From positions 125,860,001 to 125,924,000 of the forward strand of contig OZ024740.1 of NCBI GenBank assembly GCA_964016885.1: a stretch of DNA of 64,000 nt. Direction: 5' to 3'. Both the position numbers and the translations under genes were made by a program. The first letter of the stretch is position 1. Each line of letters starts with the position of its first letter. Shown one piece after another: positions 48,380-61,314 of this stretch. The DNA is from Eledone cirrhosa (lineage: Eukaryota). The notes beneath the pieces are model-generated. The model was given only the letters and a program-made list of their open reading frames with translations, did no database searches and was not told where the DNA came from.

Positions 48380-49657
48380 AACATTTGTGAGCAATGAAAA
48401 AGTTTGAGGTGATCCCAGTTATAGTTGGGCATTTGTTACTGTGAGCACCAGAATTGTAAGCTATTTAAAAAAAATTGTGGTCAACATTTGAGTAGACCCT
48501 TTACAGAAAACAACACTGCTTGGAACTGCTAGAATACTTAGAAAAGTGCTTGACAATTGAAGATGGCACCAGTATTATATCACCAGCAACAGATAGACAG
48601 TTTATCACCAATCTTATTTATCATCTGCATGCACCCCCAGACCCAAGTCCTTAGAAAAGTGAAAATGGATATGTGCTAGATGTTATTAAGACTAACCATC
48701 TGTTATTCATGGATGATTTAAAGTTATTTGTGAAAAAAGATGATAAAATTGACAGCATGATTAGTCAGGGTATTTGGATGGAGTTTGGAATAAAAATATG
48801 TAGTGTTGTAATCCTGGAATGAGGAAAACTAACACATACTAGAGGGAATGAACTTTCAAATGGCCAGACAATTAAAGAAGTAGAAGAAGGATACAAGTAT
48901 TAGGGAGTCTTTGAGTTAGAGATCAAAGAGAAAGAAATGAAGATGTTAGAAAAAGAATACTTTGGACCGGTAAGACTTGTAATGTTATCTAAATTGAATG
49001 AAAGGATTAAGATTAAGACAACGAATACATGAGCTGCATCTTTTATGTGTTATGGGACAGGAGTTATTAAATGGAGGAAAAGAGAATTGGAAGTATTGAT
49101 AAGAAACTAGGAAATTAATGAGAGTGCATAAAGGACTCCACCCAAAGAGTGATATCTTTTTGATGGAAAAAAGAAAGTGAATAGATGACTAATAAATTGT
49201 GAAAATTGTGTCAAAAGTGAACCAAAAGAACTTAGCTTGGAACCTTTAAAATGTAAGGGATAACATCATGTAAAAAGTAAGAGACCCTGACACATTGAAA
49301 TCTGTTGATGCAGTAGAACCTACTGAACACAAAAAGAGAGTGAAAAAAGAACTTGGAAAGAAATGGAAGGATAAACTTATGCTTGGACAATACACAAAAG
49401 ATGAAATAGGCATTGGTTGGGAAAAGAACTGGTCATGGTTTAAAAATAGTGATCTGAAAGGATGCACCGAAACTCTGGTGTGCAGCGACCAGAAGCATGC
49501 TCTTTGAACTAATTACATTAAACATCAAGTTGACAAAAAGATAAAATCACCATTATCTAGAATGTGTGGAACAAAAAGAGAAATGGTCAGCCATATTGTA
49601 AGCCAATATTTTAAGTTGGCACAGTGAGAGTACAAATGATGACATGATAGTGTTGCC
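48380..49657 (+). mobile_element. Decayed R4/Dong-like (RLE) LINE fragments
   Basis: LQKTTLLGTARILRKVL (~48500-48555); NHLLFMDDLKLF, MEFGI, YKYLG, WKDK..GQY, RMCG..E.VSHI, HDSVA. Confidence 0.8.
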
Positions 49658-50040
49658 TGGCAGTATCAGTAGAGAGTCGGACGCCATGCTTTCCAGCATA
49701 GTTATGTCCCTTTACGATCTGAGTTCAAATCCAGCCGAGGTTGACTTTGCCTTTCATCCTTACGGGGTCGATAAAATAAAGTACCAGTAATGCACTGGGT
49801 AATTGCTGGCCTTGTGCCTAAAGTAGAAACAATTATTAAATGAAAGGGCGGAGGATTGGCAGTATCGGTAGAGGGTCGGACGCCATGCTTTGATGCATAG
49901 AGTTACGGCCCTTACCATTCTGAGTTCAAATCCCGCCGAGGTTAACTTTGCCTTTCATCCTTACGGGGTCGATAAAATAAAGTACCGGTAATACACTGGG
50001 TAATTGCTGGCCTTGTGCCTAAACTAGAAACAATTATTAA
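49658..50040 (+). mobile_element. Two tandem tRNA-derived SINEs
   Basis: Same family as 4853-5032. Confidence 0.9.
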
Positions 50041-50574
50041 ATGAAAGGGAAAATAGTTTTAATTAATTTGAATATATTATTGAATATGTTTTCTTTTCTA
50101 TTTGGAATTCCTTTTTTTTTCTTCCTACTTCTTCAAGGAAAAAGGCAGAGCTAATGTCTCTTTCCAAAACCACTGAGTGACTGGTTTGAAGGAGAGATGT
50201 GTCTTTAAACGAGAGTCTTGCAACAGAATAGATTCTCCTAAAAGCATTCAAAATGAATGGCAGATTAAATTTACCAGTAAAATAGACCAAAGTATGATTT
50301 GAACTCAGGATGCAAACAGCTGAAATAAATATTGCAAATCATCTAATTATCTAAACCTTTCACTAGGACTTTGATGAGATTTAAGCTGGAGCACAAAGAG
50401 CTCAAACACACACAACTAAGGCATTTTGTCCTACTCTTTAACCACTTTATCAATTTGCCACCTGCTTCTGCCATTTAAAACTGAGTGACTGGGTAAAGCA
50501 GGGAAATATAATTATTATTAGTACAATGTGTGGAATCTAGTGTGCCTAGAAGAAAACCACACATCGAAACATTG

Positions 50575-51150
50575 GAAAACTGCTGGCAATATTTACAGAA
50601 ATATTTGAAATTTTTTTTTTTTATAATCACAAATGAAACAAAGCATATGTGTTTGACACCTGGAAAATATACTATGAAGCTTTCAAAGATGACAAACAAC
50701 CCTTATATAATGTATTCAAATAACTAAAACAAATATTTTCACACTTTATAAAGATTCTAATTGAAAGGTTTGGAAAATGTCAAATCACAATGTTTTCTCT
50801 TAATTCAATATTTCTTATCTAAAGGGTACGTTAAGGCCTCTAAAATATATATAATTTATCATAACAAAAATGGAATGCCATGTAAAATTGGCGAGGGTAT
50901 TGTTTTACCAGCTGCAGAAGAAGACATAGAAAGAATAGAGTAGAAAGCTGTATTTATGAAACTGCTGGTGATGTTAAAAACAACTTTATGTAAATTTTCC
51001 ATCCAGATGGATGGATCAACATTTAGGGAATATTTATATCATTACAGCCCCAGTAAAAATTGCATTGTTGATAAAGTCCTTTCCTCAAAATTGCTTAAAT
51101 CTGAAATAATTTTTTTTTTTCTGGGGGTGTATTCAAGAAAAAAAACAATT
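50575..51150 (+). pseudogene. hAT (Buster/Charlie-like) transposase relic
   Basis: QYLQKYLKF..MCL, MPCKIGEGIVLPAAEE, KFSIQMDGST resemble Buster-type motifs; heavily decayed. Confidence 0.55.
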
Positions 51151-51460
51151 TAAAAAGATATTTTGATAATTGCATCTATTGTATGGTATTTCAACATGTG
51201 ATGGATTAAGTCTAACATCCAAATAGAGCATAGTATAATTGGAACTCAGATTTCAAAGAATCAAAATTCTTCAGTAAGAAATAATAAAACATTAAGCAAA
51301 GAGATAGAAAAGACAAAGAACAAGAGAGGAAGAAGCAGGTTGGGGTAGCAAGAGATGAAATAGTGTGAGGGAAAATGTTAAAATAAAAAGTAGCATCGTA
51401 ATGCATAGTGATTCAGTAATATGATGGTAAAAAGGATCAGTTGATAGCTACATAATAACT

Positions 51461-51557
51461 GTTTCTACTTTAGGCACAAGGCCAGCAATTACTCAGTGCA
51501 TTACTGGTACTTTATTTTATCGACCCCGTAAGGATGAAAGGCAAAGTCAACCTCGGC
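51461..51557 (-). mobile_element. SINE 3' half
   Basis: Reverse complement of the SINE body. Confidence 0.85.
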
Positions 51558-52754
51558 ATAATAACAGATGAGAAATGGAGGAAGTAGTCATACACACAAA
51601 GCACTGCTAAATATATAATAGGTTAAAAAATAGGGAGTAGCATGTTTGCTGTCTTTATAATCCAACTATTGATTCCATCCCCAGCTTAACTGATAGTTCT
51701 ATGAGTTTACTAGATATATGTTTGTGTATGCATGTTTAGTTATACCTCTTTGCTGACACAGTGTGGAAGTGTGTCTGTGAAATATACATATACACCAGGT
51801 CCAAACACAATGCAACCAAACTCCCACTGTCACTTACTCCGGCTCTCCCACTCTCCCCATCTCTCACTATTATGAGCAATTGGGGGCCCACGTGCTGGTT
51901 GCCCCCACAGCACTTACAGACAGAATAGAGAAGTCATTTCCCTGGAGGATAGTGAGGGAGACAAGCTAGAAGGTTTATGTAGCTATTTCTCTCTCTCTCT
52001 CACTCACTTTCTCTCTCCATATCCCCCCCCCCCCCCGGTCTCTGTACTTTTCTCCCTCCCACTGTCTCCAATCCCTTGCTCTACTCTGTTTTCTACATAG
52101 AGATTTATTATTTATATTTTGCACAATGTATTTGAATGTGTTCATACTTGACCACTAATAACGCATCCAAATTTCTCATTATCTATGCTAGCAACATAGA
52201 ATAAAAGTTCAAGATTACATGAGATAAGATAAGATAATAATTGCTGATATTGTTGTTATTAGTAGAGTTAATTATCTTATTTAATTACTTAGTTTCATAT
52301 GTAGCATTATATATGTCTGTTATTGCCAAGTCTCTTCTTCTTCCCTCTATCTGAGGTATACTGATGGCCAGGCTTGATAAATAAGTTAAGCTAGTAGTAA
52401 TTGCTAATAATTATTGGTAGTTTTGTGTTATCAATAATCATTATTATTATCATTTGTTGCATAATTATTATTATTAATCATCATATTTAATTAGTTTTAC
52501 ATTTAGAATCAAATATAGTAGTAGTTGCTAATACTTTCTTGTAATGTTATTCATCAACACGAACAGTGAGTCAGCAACTCTGGAAGATTTTCAGGTTAAG
52601 GAATATAGGTATTTTCCAAAATTCGTTAGCCAAGTGATGCTACAATAATAATATTTTAGAATGGTTGGTATCAGTAAACATATTTGTGTTACAATTGTAC
52701 AAAGAATAAGAATAACAGTGTGTGTTTATACTGGTTTACTTCATAGAAGTGAAT

Positions 52755-52940
52755 AATTGTTTCAACTTTTGGCACAAGGCCAGCAAATACCCAGTGCATT
52801 ACTGGTACTTTATTTTATCAACCCTGTAAGGATGAAAGGCAAAGTAAACCTTGGCGGGATTTGAACTCAGAATGGCAAGGACTGTAACTCTATGTGTCAA
52901 AGCATGGCGTCCGACCCTCTACCGATACTGCCAATCCACC
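52755..52940 (-). mobile_element. tRNA-derived SINE
   Basis: Full reverse-complement copy. Confidence 0.9.
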
Positions 52941-52963
52941 ACCTGGATAGAAGTGAATAATGA

Positions 52964-55779
52964 AACTGCAGAGGATATTTGACGGCTGGAGAGAAATGAG
53001 GCAAGCATGCTCCGTTGGATGTGCAGTGTAAATGTGCGTGAACGACCCAGCATAAATGTGTTGAGAGAGAAACTGTGTCTGAGAGGGATAGAATGTAGTG
53101 TACGGGAGAGGAGACTGAGGTGGTATGGACATGTGATGCGCATGGAGGATGACCGATGGGTGAAGAAGTGCCAGGAAATGCCAGTTGAAGGAAGACGTGG
53201 TAGAGGTAGACCACGAAAAACATGGGTGGAGGTGGTGAAGCTCACGGTGAAGATGACGAGGGACCGTGACGAGCCGAGAGATGCTGTGCTGAATAAGACC
53301 CATCACATCCTCTGCAGTTGCTGCCCATGTCTCACTACCATGCAGCATCGCGCTCCTCACACAGGCATCATACAACCGGCCTTTCGTACGCAGGGAGAAA
53401 CCCTTCTTCGTCAACAGAGGAAGCAGCTCCCTAAACTTCTTCCAAACCGTCCTTATTCTAGATACTATGGCCTCGGAACACCCTCCTCCCATGCTAATCT
53501 GATCTCCTAGGTACCGGAAGCTATCCACCACTTCTATAGCACCCTCTTGCATTTGAAAAATGTGTCTATCAGTGCGACTTCTACTGTCTAATTTCCCTGT
53601 ACATCTACTGCATACATATTTCTCCCTACCTGTTAGTTTGCCTGCTATCCCGCTACATCTCTTATGTACCCAGGATCTGCATTGTGTGCATTTTATAGAA
53701 TTTATGCCAGTTCCTTTTCTGCATATCGAACATGGCCATTTCCCTGACGGAATCAGGGTTTTGTCCTCTTTTCTACTCATCAACACTTTTGTCTTAGCTA
53801 GATTCACTCTCAGTCCTCTTGCTTCCAACTGCTGTTTCCATAGCCAGAATTTATTCTCTAGCTCCTCTACTGATTCTGCTATAAGAACCAGATCGTCAGC
53901 ATAGAGAAGTTCCCATGGACAGCCAGTCTTAAACTCCTCTGTTATGGCTTGGAGGACTATAATGAACAAGAGCGGGCTGAGGACCGAACCCTGATGTACT
54001 CCTACTTGTATCTGGAATTCCTCACTAAACTCTATTCCTACCCTGACTTTACTGAGAGTACCTCTTTACAAAGTTTGCACTGTCCTCACAAGCCATTCCT
54101 CAACACCTAGCTTCCTTAGGGACCACCAGATGACAGATCGGGGTACCCTATCAAATGCCTTCTCTAGGTCAACAAAGGCTAAGTATAGTGGCTTATTCTT
54201 CTCTAAGAACCTCTCTTGCATTTGTCTCACCAAGAAGAGGGCATCTGTTGTACTCTTCCCAGGCACAAAACCAAACTGCATCTCATCTAGTTTGACTCTT
54301 TCTCTAATTAGTTGTGCTAAAATCCTTTCTGCCACTTTCATAACCTGATCTATCAGTTTTATACCCCTATAATTGCTCCTCGCTAGAGCATCCCCTTTAC
54401 CTTTGTAGCAATTTATGAGAATACTGCTGCACCAGTCTTTGGGTATGACACCACCATATATAGCCTGATTGATGATGCGTGCAACCAGTTTAGTGCCTAC
54501 GTCCCCTGATGCCTTCAGCATCTCAGCAACTATTCCCGATGGTCCGGCCGCCTTACCATTTTTCATTTCCCTAATCGCCTCTTGGACCCTATAATCGTCA
54601 ATCTCAATAGCTGGTCCCTCTGTCGGATCTACCAAGGGTAATTTCTCTCTCTCCCATTCGTTCTCCACATTCATCAGTCTCTCATAATGACATTTCCAGG
54701 CCTCCTTTTTCTGATCATTCGTGACACTAAGTACACCGGCATCATCCCGGACACATTTATCTCCAACAACATCCTGATTTGCATTGACACACTGCCTTGC
54801 AATGTGGAACACCGCACGCCTCTGATCTTCCCGTCGCAGAACATTGGCAAACCTCCTACTCTCTGCCTCCCTGCGTGCTAAGTACACCTGACGTCTAGCT
54901 TCTCTCTTAGTGGCTGTATATTCTTCCCTACTCCCACCCTTTTTCCAAGTCTTCCATGCTAGTCTTTTGTCTCTAATAGCCTTATCTACTGTGCTGTTCC
55001 ACCACCAGGTCACTCTCTGTCTGGTTGGAGCTCTGCTCCAGCCACAGGTTTCATCAGTAGCCTGCAGCAAGTTGTCACGTAAGAAATTCCAGTTATTATC
55101 TATGTCATACGTCTCTAAATCGTCTTCTTTTTCGTCATATACATCTTGAAGGGCTTTCCTAAATTTGTATTTTAGTGAAAGGTCTTTTAGCTTCCAGACC
55201 TTTCTTCTCCACACCTTCCTATATGTCTCATTCCATCTCTTGCTTACTGAGATATCACTAGCAACTAACCTATGCTGTGGGGTACATTCTTCCCCAGGGT
55301 ATGCCTTGGTATTAGACACTATCTGCCTGTCCCGCTGCCTAACTAGCAAGAAGTCAATCTGGCTTATGTGCTCACCAGATTTGTAGGTTATTAGGTGATT
55401 GGCAGGTTTCTGGAAGTTTGTGTTGCAAATAGTCAATGTACTCGCATCACAAAGTTCAAGAAGTCTCACTCCTTCATTTCTTGAACCGTAACCGTGCCCA
55501 CCATGTACCCCAGTGTAACCATCCTGGAGCTGTCCAACATGACCATTGAAGTCTCCTGCTAGCATAACGATGTCTCCGTCCTCTGTCATTGCGGTTGTTT
55601 GCAAAAGTTGCTCATAAAAGCAGTCTTTCTCATCTTTGCCTAGGCCTGCTTGGGGAGCATAGACCGAGATGATTGTCAGTAGTCTCCTACCTACAACTAA
55701 TCTAAGCTTAATTATTCGATTACTAACTCGAACTACCTCTATTGCCTTATTGATCCATTTCTCAGCCAGGAAAATGCCT
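52964..55779 (-). mobile_element. RTE LINE (APE + RT) with its 3' ~340 bp inverted
   Basis: ISVYAPQ, AGDFNGHVG, IDFLL, NYRGIKL, FVDLEKAFDRV, LLYADD, FRYLG, HGSETW on minus; C-terminus [21 protein letters not shown] on plus at 52964-53300. Confidence 0.92.
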
Positions 55780-58390
55780 ATGATAATTATAGTCTTATTT
55801 TTGTTGTGCATCATCACTGCATTACCGAGCACAGCTCAGTTCACCTTCACTAAGTGCAGTTGGGTTTTTGGTAATGTTCTTTCTATTGTTTTGAGAGTAT
55901 TCTTCATATGTGTGTAATACCTAGTAGTGCTATTTTTTGTATGCTGTGTATACCTCTAAGTCACAAGGCTTTGGTTATTTATCTCCCTGTGTGTATTTTT
56001 ATCATTCTCAGAGCACCTATTATTTTACTCAGAGGTGTTGTTTCTGTTTTCATCCACATTCTTCTTATTTTTTTGCATAAATCTTTATATTTCGATAATT
56101 TTTTCTTTCCCTTGGTAGATCTATGACATCTGAAGGGATTCATACATCAAATAGAAGACATTTTTCTTCCTTGTGGTCTTTAACTATAATATCTGGTTGG
56201 TTGCCTTTAATCTTCCTGTCTGTGTGCATTGGCATATCCCAGATTATGGTTGCGTTTTTATCTCTGTCTTTGACACCTATCATGTCTGTCAATATATTTC
56301 TTTTTAGCTAAGACTGGGTAGCCAGAGATAATGTGGTTATTTGTTTCTTCCCCACCTCCACATAGTCTTCAGTTACTTACTATATTCTCCTTCAATACCT
56401 ATATCTGGTGTTTTTTGGTGTAAGGATTCAATCTTGTGCTGCAATTAGAAATCCTTCAGTCTCAGCTTTTCTCCTCTGCTTCATAGACAGACTTGTAAAT
56501 TTTGCTTGTTTATTCAGCTTTATCAGGTATTGGCTATGTAAGGTTTTTCTTAGTATAATTTTAGCATGTCATTCTGGAGGTCTGTTTTCAATTTAGATTT
56601 TAGGTTTTTCACAATTTCTATTGCTGTTTCTTTGATTGCATTTTCCTCAGAATTATCCGCCAATCCAGTTTCTGACTTGAATTTGTTGGCTTCATTGAAG
56701 AAAACAATTTTTGTTTTGTTCGTGTTTCATGGTTGTTTGTATTGTCTCACCTTTGTTCTTCATTAGATATTCTTGAAGGCCTATTAGGGCAGTGGATTGG
56801 TAGTATTGTTAGAGCATTGGACAACACGTTTTGCAGCAGAAAATTACATGCCTTTACGTTCTAGGTTCAAATCTTGTTGAAGTTAGCTCTGCCTTTCATC
56901 CTTACGGGGTTGATAAAATAAAGCACCAGTAACGTACTGGGGTCGATTTAATCAAATTTCTCCTCCCCCCAAATTACGGGCCTTGTGCCTTTACTAGAAA
57001 TCATTATTATTATTATACAGTTATTCTATAAGTGTTTTCTAGTGGCAAAATGTCCTTCCTCCTTGTGTTCGTGGTAAATATAATCTTTCTACATCTGATT
57101 AAGGATGGTGTATTCTAAATGCAGGCATTATTTTTCTTGTTTTTCTGTCAATTCCTGCTAATTCTTTTAGTGTACAGTTTCTTTATTGTTTTGTTTTTTC
57201 TTCAGAGTTGGTTTTGCACATTTTTCTTGTCCAAATTTCATGCTTATTTTTGTTGTGAATCAATATACTGTCTGTAGCAGTTCTTCAAGTTGTTTTCCAT
57301 CTGAAGCATACAGTTTTAGATTATCCTTATACAGGAGATAGTTAATTTTCTTTTTGTAGTATTTATTCTCTAGTCCAATTTTGTTTAGTGTTTCAGTTAA
57401 TGGTGTAAGGGCTAAACAGAAAAGCAGTGGTGATAGGGAGTTCCCTTGAAATATCCTGTTGATTATGATAGGCTCAGTTTTTATAGTCCTATTCTTCGTT
57501 TATATCTGCATGACTGTTTGCCACTTATTCCAGGTGTGCTTGATAAATATTTTCTCTAATGATGCTACTTTATTCATGGCTAGAGTGCTCAGTACCCATG
57601 TGTAGGGAACATGGTCAAATGCCTTCTACTAGTCAATCCATGCTATGTTGAGATTTTTTTTGTTTTTATTGCAGTTTTTGGTTATTGATTGACAACTAGT
57701 TTTTATAGTCATATGGTGTCTTTGCAGTATCCTTTCTGATCTAATGGAAATAGGTTGCCTTTTTCCAGGTACTTAGTTTCTGCAATAATTTTGCAGTTAA
57801 AATTGTGTATGTAGTAAGAAGGCATATTTTGGGCCTATAGTTTTTGCAATTTGTTGTGTCATTATTCTTGAGGATCGTGGGGCTTTTCGCCATAGTGAGA
57901 CAATCGGGTGTTTTTTTTTCTGGCTCAATCACTATCTAATTAAACTTGTTTGCAAGTAGACCATGTGTTGCTGCTAAAAATTTCAGCCAAAAGTTCATCA
58001 ATGAGCTTTTCATTTGCTTGTTTTTTTCAGTATGCCAAACTCATCATCTCTTGTAATAACTCTTCACATTTGTTCAGACGCTATGTCCGTTGTTTTTGCT
58101 AGTTCTGTGAATAGTAATTTCCTTTCTCCTTCTATCTATGATCTGCACCAGAATTCTTCCACCTCTTTTACTTTCTTGGCTATATTTACTTATATATCCA
58201 CAGATTCTTTGTACCTTTGCAGGTATTTGTTGTTTCAGGCCTTCTTTAGTCTCTGGGAGTTCCTTTTCTGTTATATATTTCTTTAACATTTTTATTTTAT
58301 TTCCTATTCATAGTTTTGTTGTTTCCTTTCCTGTTTCATTTGAAAATGAGTGGTCTTTTATTTGCTATCTTTTCTTGTATCTTTGATGTG
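55780..58390 (-). mobile_element. Decayed R4/Dong-like (RLE) LINE
   Basis: NYRP..CL, KAFDHVP, IFQGNSLSPLLF, ETEGFLIAAQD, NQPDII, IQKIALLG; many stops; interrupted by a SINE. Confidence 0.82.
56793..57005 (+). mobile_element. tRNA-derived SINE, older subfamily
   Basis: B box GTTCAAATC, same body with GGGGTCGATTTAATC segment. Confidence 0.85.
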
Positions 58391-58429
58391 ACTTAACAAT
58401 TAAGTTCAGATTAATCTTATGCTACTTGA

Positions 58430-58925
58430 CAGGAATACAGATCTTTGCATATACACCTCAATCTGGACTGACAAGTGAGCAAAGGGAGCATTTTTATGAT
58501 GACCTTTTGCAGACTACCTCAGTAAAGAATAGCAGCAAATTTGTTATCATGTCTGAAGCCTTTAATGTCTGAAGCATTTAATGGACATACTAGATAACAC
58601 TATGATATTAAAATAGAATGCATATGGTATGAGGAAGGAAAAAGGATCAATGCTTTGGAAGATCTGTGATGCAAATAACCTACCCATTTACAGGACTAGT
58701 TTCAGGAAACTGGTCAGCCATCTGATCACTAATACATCAGGCAAACATGCAAGTCAGACTCACCAGCAAATGGAACAGAATGATTGTTGTGAATACTAAA
58801 TATTTCTCTAGTGAAGGGATTATAAATCAATATATACTAGTGACTTTGAAGTAAGAATCAGACAGATCCACAGATACAAGAAATGCAAGAGAAGGAATTT
58901 TTAGAAGCTGAAAGATTCCGTTCCT
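58430..58925 (+). mobile_element. Decayed RTE endonuclease fragment
   Basis: AYTPQSGL..EQREHFYDDLLQTTS, FNGH, FRKLVSHLIT, similar to the 55.2-55.7 kb RTE. Confidence 0.6.
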
Positions 58926-59443
58926 AGACATGGTGTAAAAAGACTATACAATTCCAGTAGGAGAAACATGTAGAACTAGAAGATCAAAAAGTGATGAAAG
59001 TGGAACTCAAGAAGCTGAAAATTCTGACAAATGACAAGATAGTGTTCATGAGAGGAAAAGAGCAATGATGATTGTGATGGGGTTCATCATCATTGTTGAT
59101 GTCATCATTTTTGGCAGCAAGAGGGTGGTGATGATTATGCCGATGAGAATATGTAAATAATTACATGTCTGTGTGGGCATATTTCACTTATGAACATTTT
59201 TATATACAGAAATATGTATGCATATATTAACATATTACATATGTCCATAAGCGGATAAACATTCTCACACACCTTTATAGATATATATTCTCATGCACAC
59301 ATAATACTTTTATAGATGAATATTCCTATATGCACACATTATCATGCATATGCATTCTCAAACACACAAACTGATTTCTTTTCTTTTTTATTTCAAGAAT
59401 ACAAATTTTAAGATGTTCATCTTATATGTTATATCTTTGCGGT

Positions 59444-59620
59444 GGATTGGCAGTATCAGTAGAGGGTCGGACGCCATTCTTTGACGCATAGAGTTACGGT
59501 CCTTGCCATTCTGAGTTCAAATCACGCTGAGGTTTACTTTGCCGTTCATCCTTACGGGGTCGATAAAATAAAGTACCAGTAATGCACTGGGTAATTGCTG
59601 GCCAAAAGTAGAAACAATTA
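59444..59620 (+). mobile_element. tRNA-derived SINE
   Basis: Same family as 4853-5032. Confidence 0.9.
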
Positions 59621-60369
59621 TATTTTATTAATATATGTGTGTTTATGTTTGTCAGTATATTTGTGTATGTGTGCTCATATGTATGTTTGAGTGAGTGTGC
59701 CTGCATAATTAAATTATTCATTTTGAATCTCAAAACGAAATGCAAATACGTAACTAGATACCAAATCACAAACTATTCAACATCTGCACAAAGTAACCAT
59801 TTTGTTTCAGGGGATAATTTTCTAGAAATTTATTTGACATAGAAGGAATTAAAATTAGCAGCATCTGTTTAAAATTATAATAAACACCAATTTCATTTGA
59901 ATTGGACATATCAATGTGTTATCTTTCACAAAACATTATTGTTTTTATTTCATTTTTTTTTTAAGGAGGTTATTTTATTTGTTTTACCTTTTCAGCAATG
60001 AAAGGCAACTAACTTAAATGAATGTTTTTGCAAATTAAAAAAATTCCAATTAGAAATGCCTAAATACAGTTTTGGTTTATGTAAGTTAGTCATATATCAG
60101 CATATTTCAAATGTACTTATGTAAATAATAAGTATGTCTATCACCTGAATAAGCTGTTTATCTACTTCAGATTAGCATTCCCAGAATGTTTTGTTAACCA
60201 CCTCCTTCTCTGGTTCTATGAAACAAAACTACCCCATTTTAAATAGCTCCTGTTTAAATTACAAACTTTCTAACATGATTTTATATAAGATCTGTTTAAA
60301 TTATAGTATAAATACTATCTTTATAATTAAATAATTCTACAGTCTAAAACATTTAAAGTTATGTTGAGC

Positions 60370-60620
60370 CCAAAGGCTCATCAAGCTGGTATTTGTAGTA
60401 TGGTTTTTGTAGTATGAAGCAACTGAGAGTACAATAACCATCCCTGGATGGGATGCCAGTCCATCACAGGGTTAAACTCCCAGCTATGCTTTTCATTTTC
60501 AGCTTAGTATAATGAAATGAAGTGTTTCACTTAAGAATACAATACACAACCCTGTTCTGGAATCGAACCTAGAACATTATGATAATAAATCCAGTACCCT
60601 TACCATGAGGCCATGTGTTT
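60370..60620 (-). mobile_element. Old tRNA-derived SINE, second family
   Basis: Reverse B box GGAATCGAAC; body CTGGATGGGATGCCAGTCCATCACAGG. Confidence 0.6.
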
Positions 60621-61055
60621 CCACAATGAAATAATCAGTATTTAAAAAAAATACTGCTGCTGCTGCTACTGCTGCTGCTGCTATGACGACGGTGATGACG
60701 ATTACTGCTACTACAAGTAATAGTAGTAATGTTTTCAGTATTAGCTACAATGACTTTGTTACTTATATGAATGGATGCCACTTAATACAGTTTCGACAAA
60801 TTTGGAATATTATCAAGTTTACTGGATAAGAAATCTTTCTTTTTGGATTATTTTCAACCAGTGGACATAATAACATTGGACCTTCTATTCCAACAACTGG
60901 AATAAATGTAAAGTCTATCTCTCATCCATTTCATATTAATACCTGGCATTACAATAGACAAAATTCAACAGGTCTATGAGAGGAGCAGTAAAAGGTCTGA
61001 TTAAGAGACGGAGTAGCCCAAATAATACTGAATCAAAACAAACCAAAGAGACTAA

Positions 61056-61205
61056 TAATTGTTTCTACGTTAGGCACAAGGCCAGCAATTATCAGTGTAT
61101 TATTGGTACTTTATTTTATCGACCCCGTAAGGATGCACGGCAAAGTCAACCTCGGCAGGATTTGAACTCAGATCGTAAAGGGACGTAACTATGCTGCCAA
61201 TCCAC
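61056..61205 (-). mobile_element. tRNA-derived SINE
   Basis: Reverse-complement copy with an internal deletion. Confidence 0.85.
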
Positions 61206-61314
61206 AGCCAAAGAGACTAATAATGATATCATTACAATGAATTTGATACAGATAAATAGTGTTTAAAGAATGATAACTAAAAACAGAATTGACATAGAAA
61301 CAAACAGATATGTT

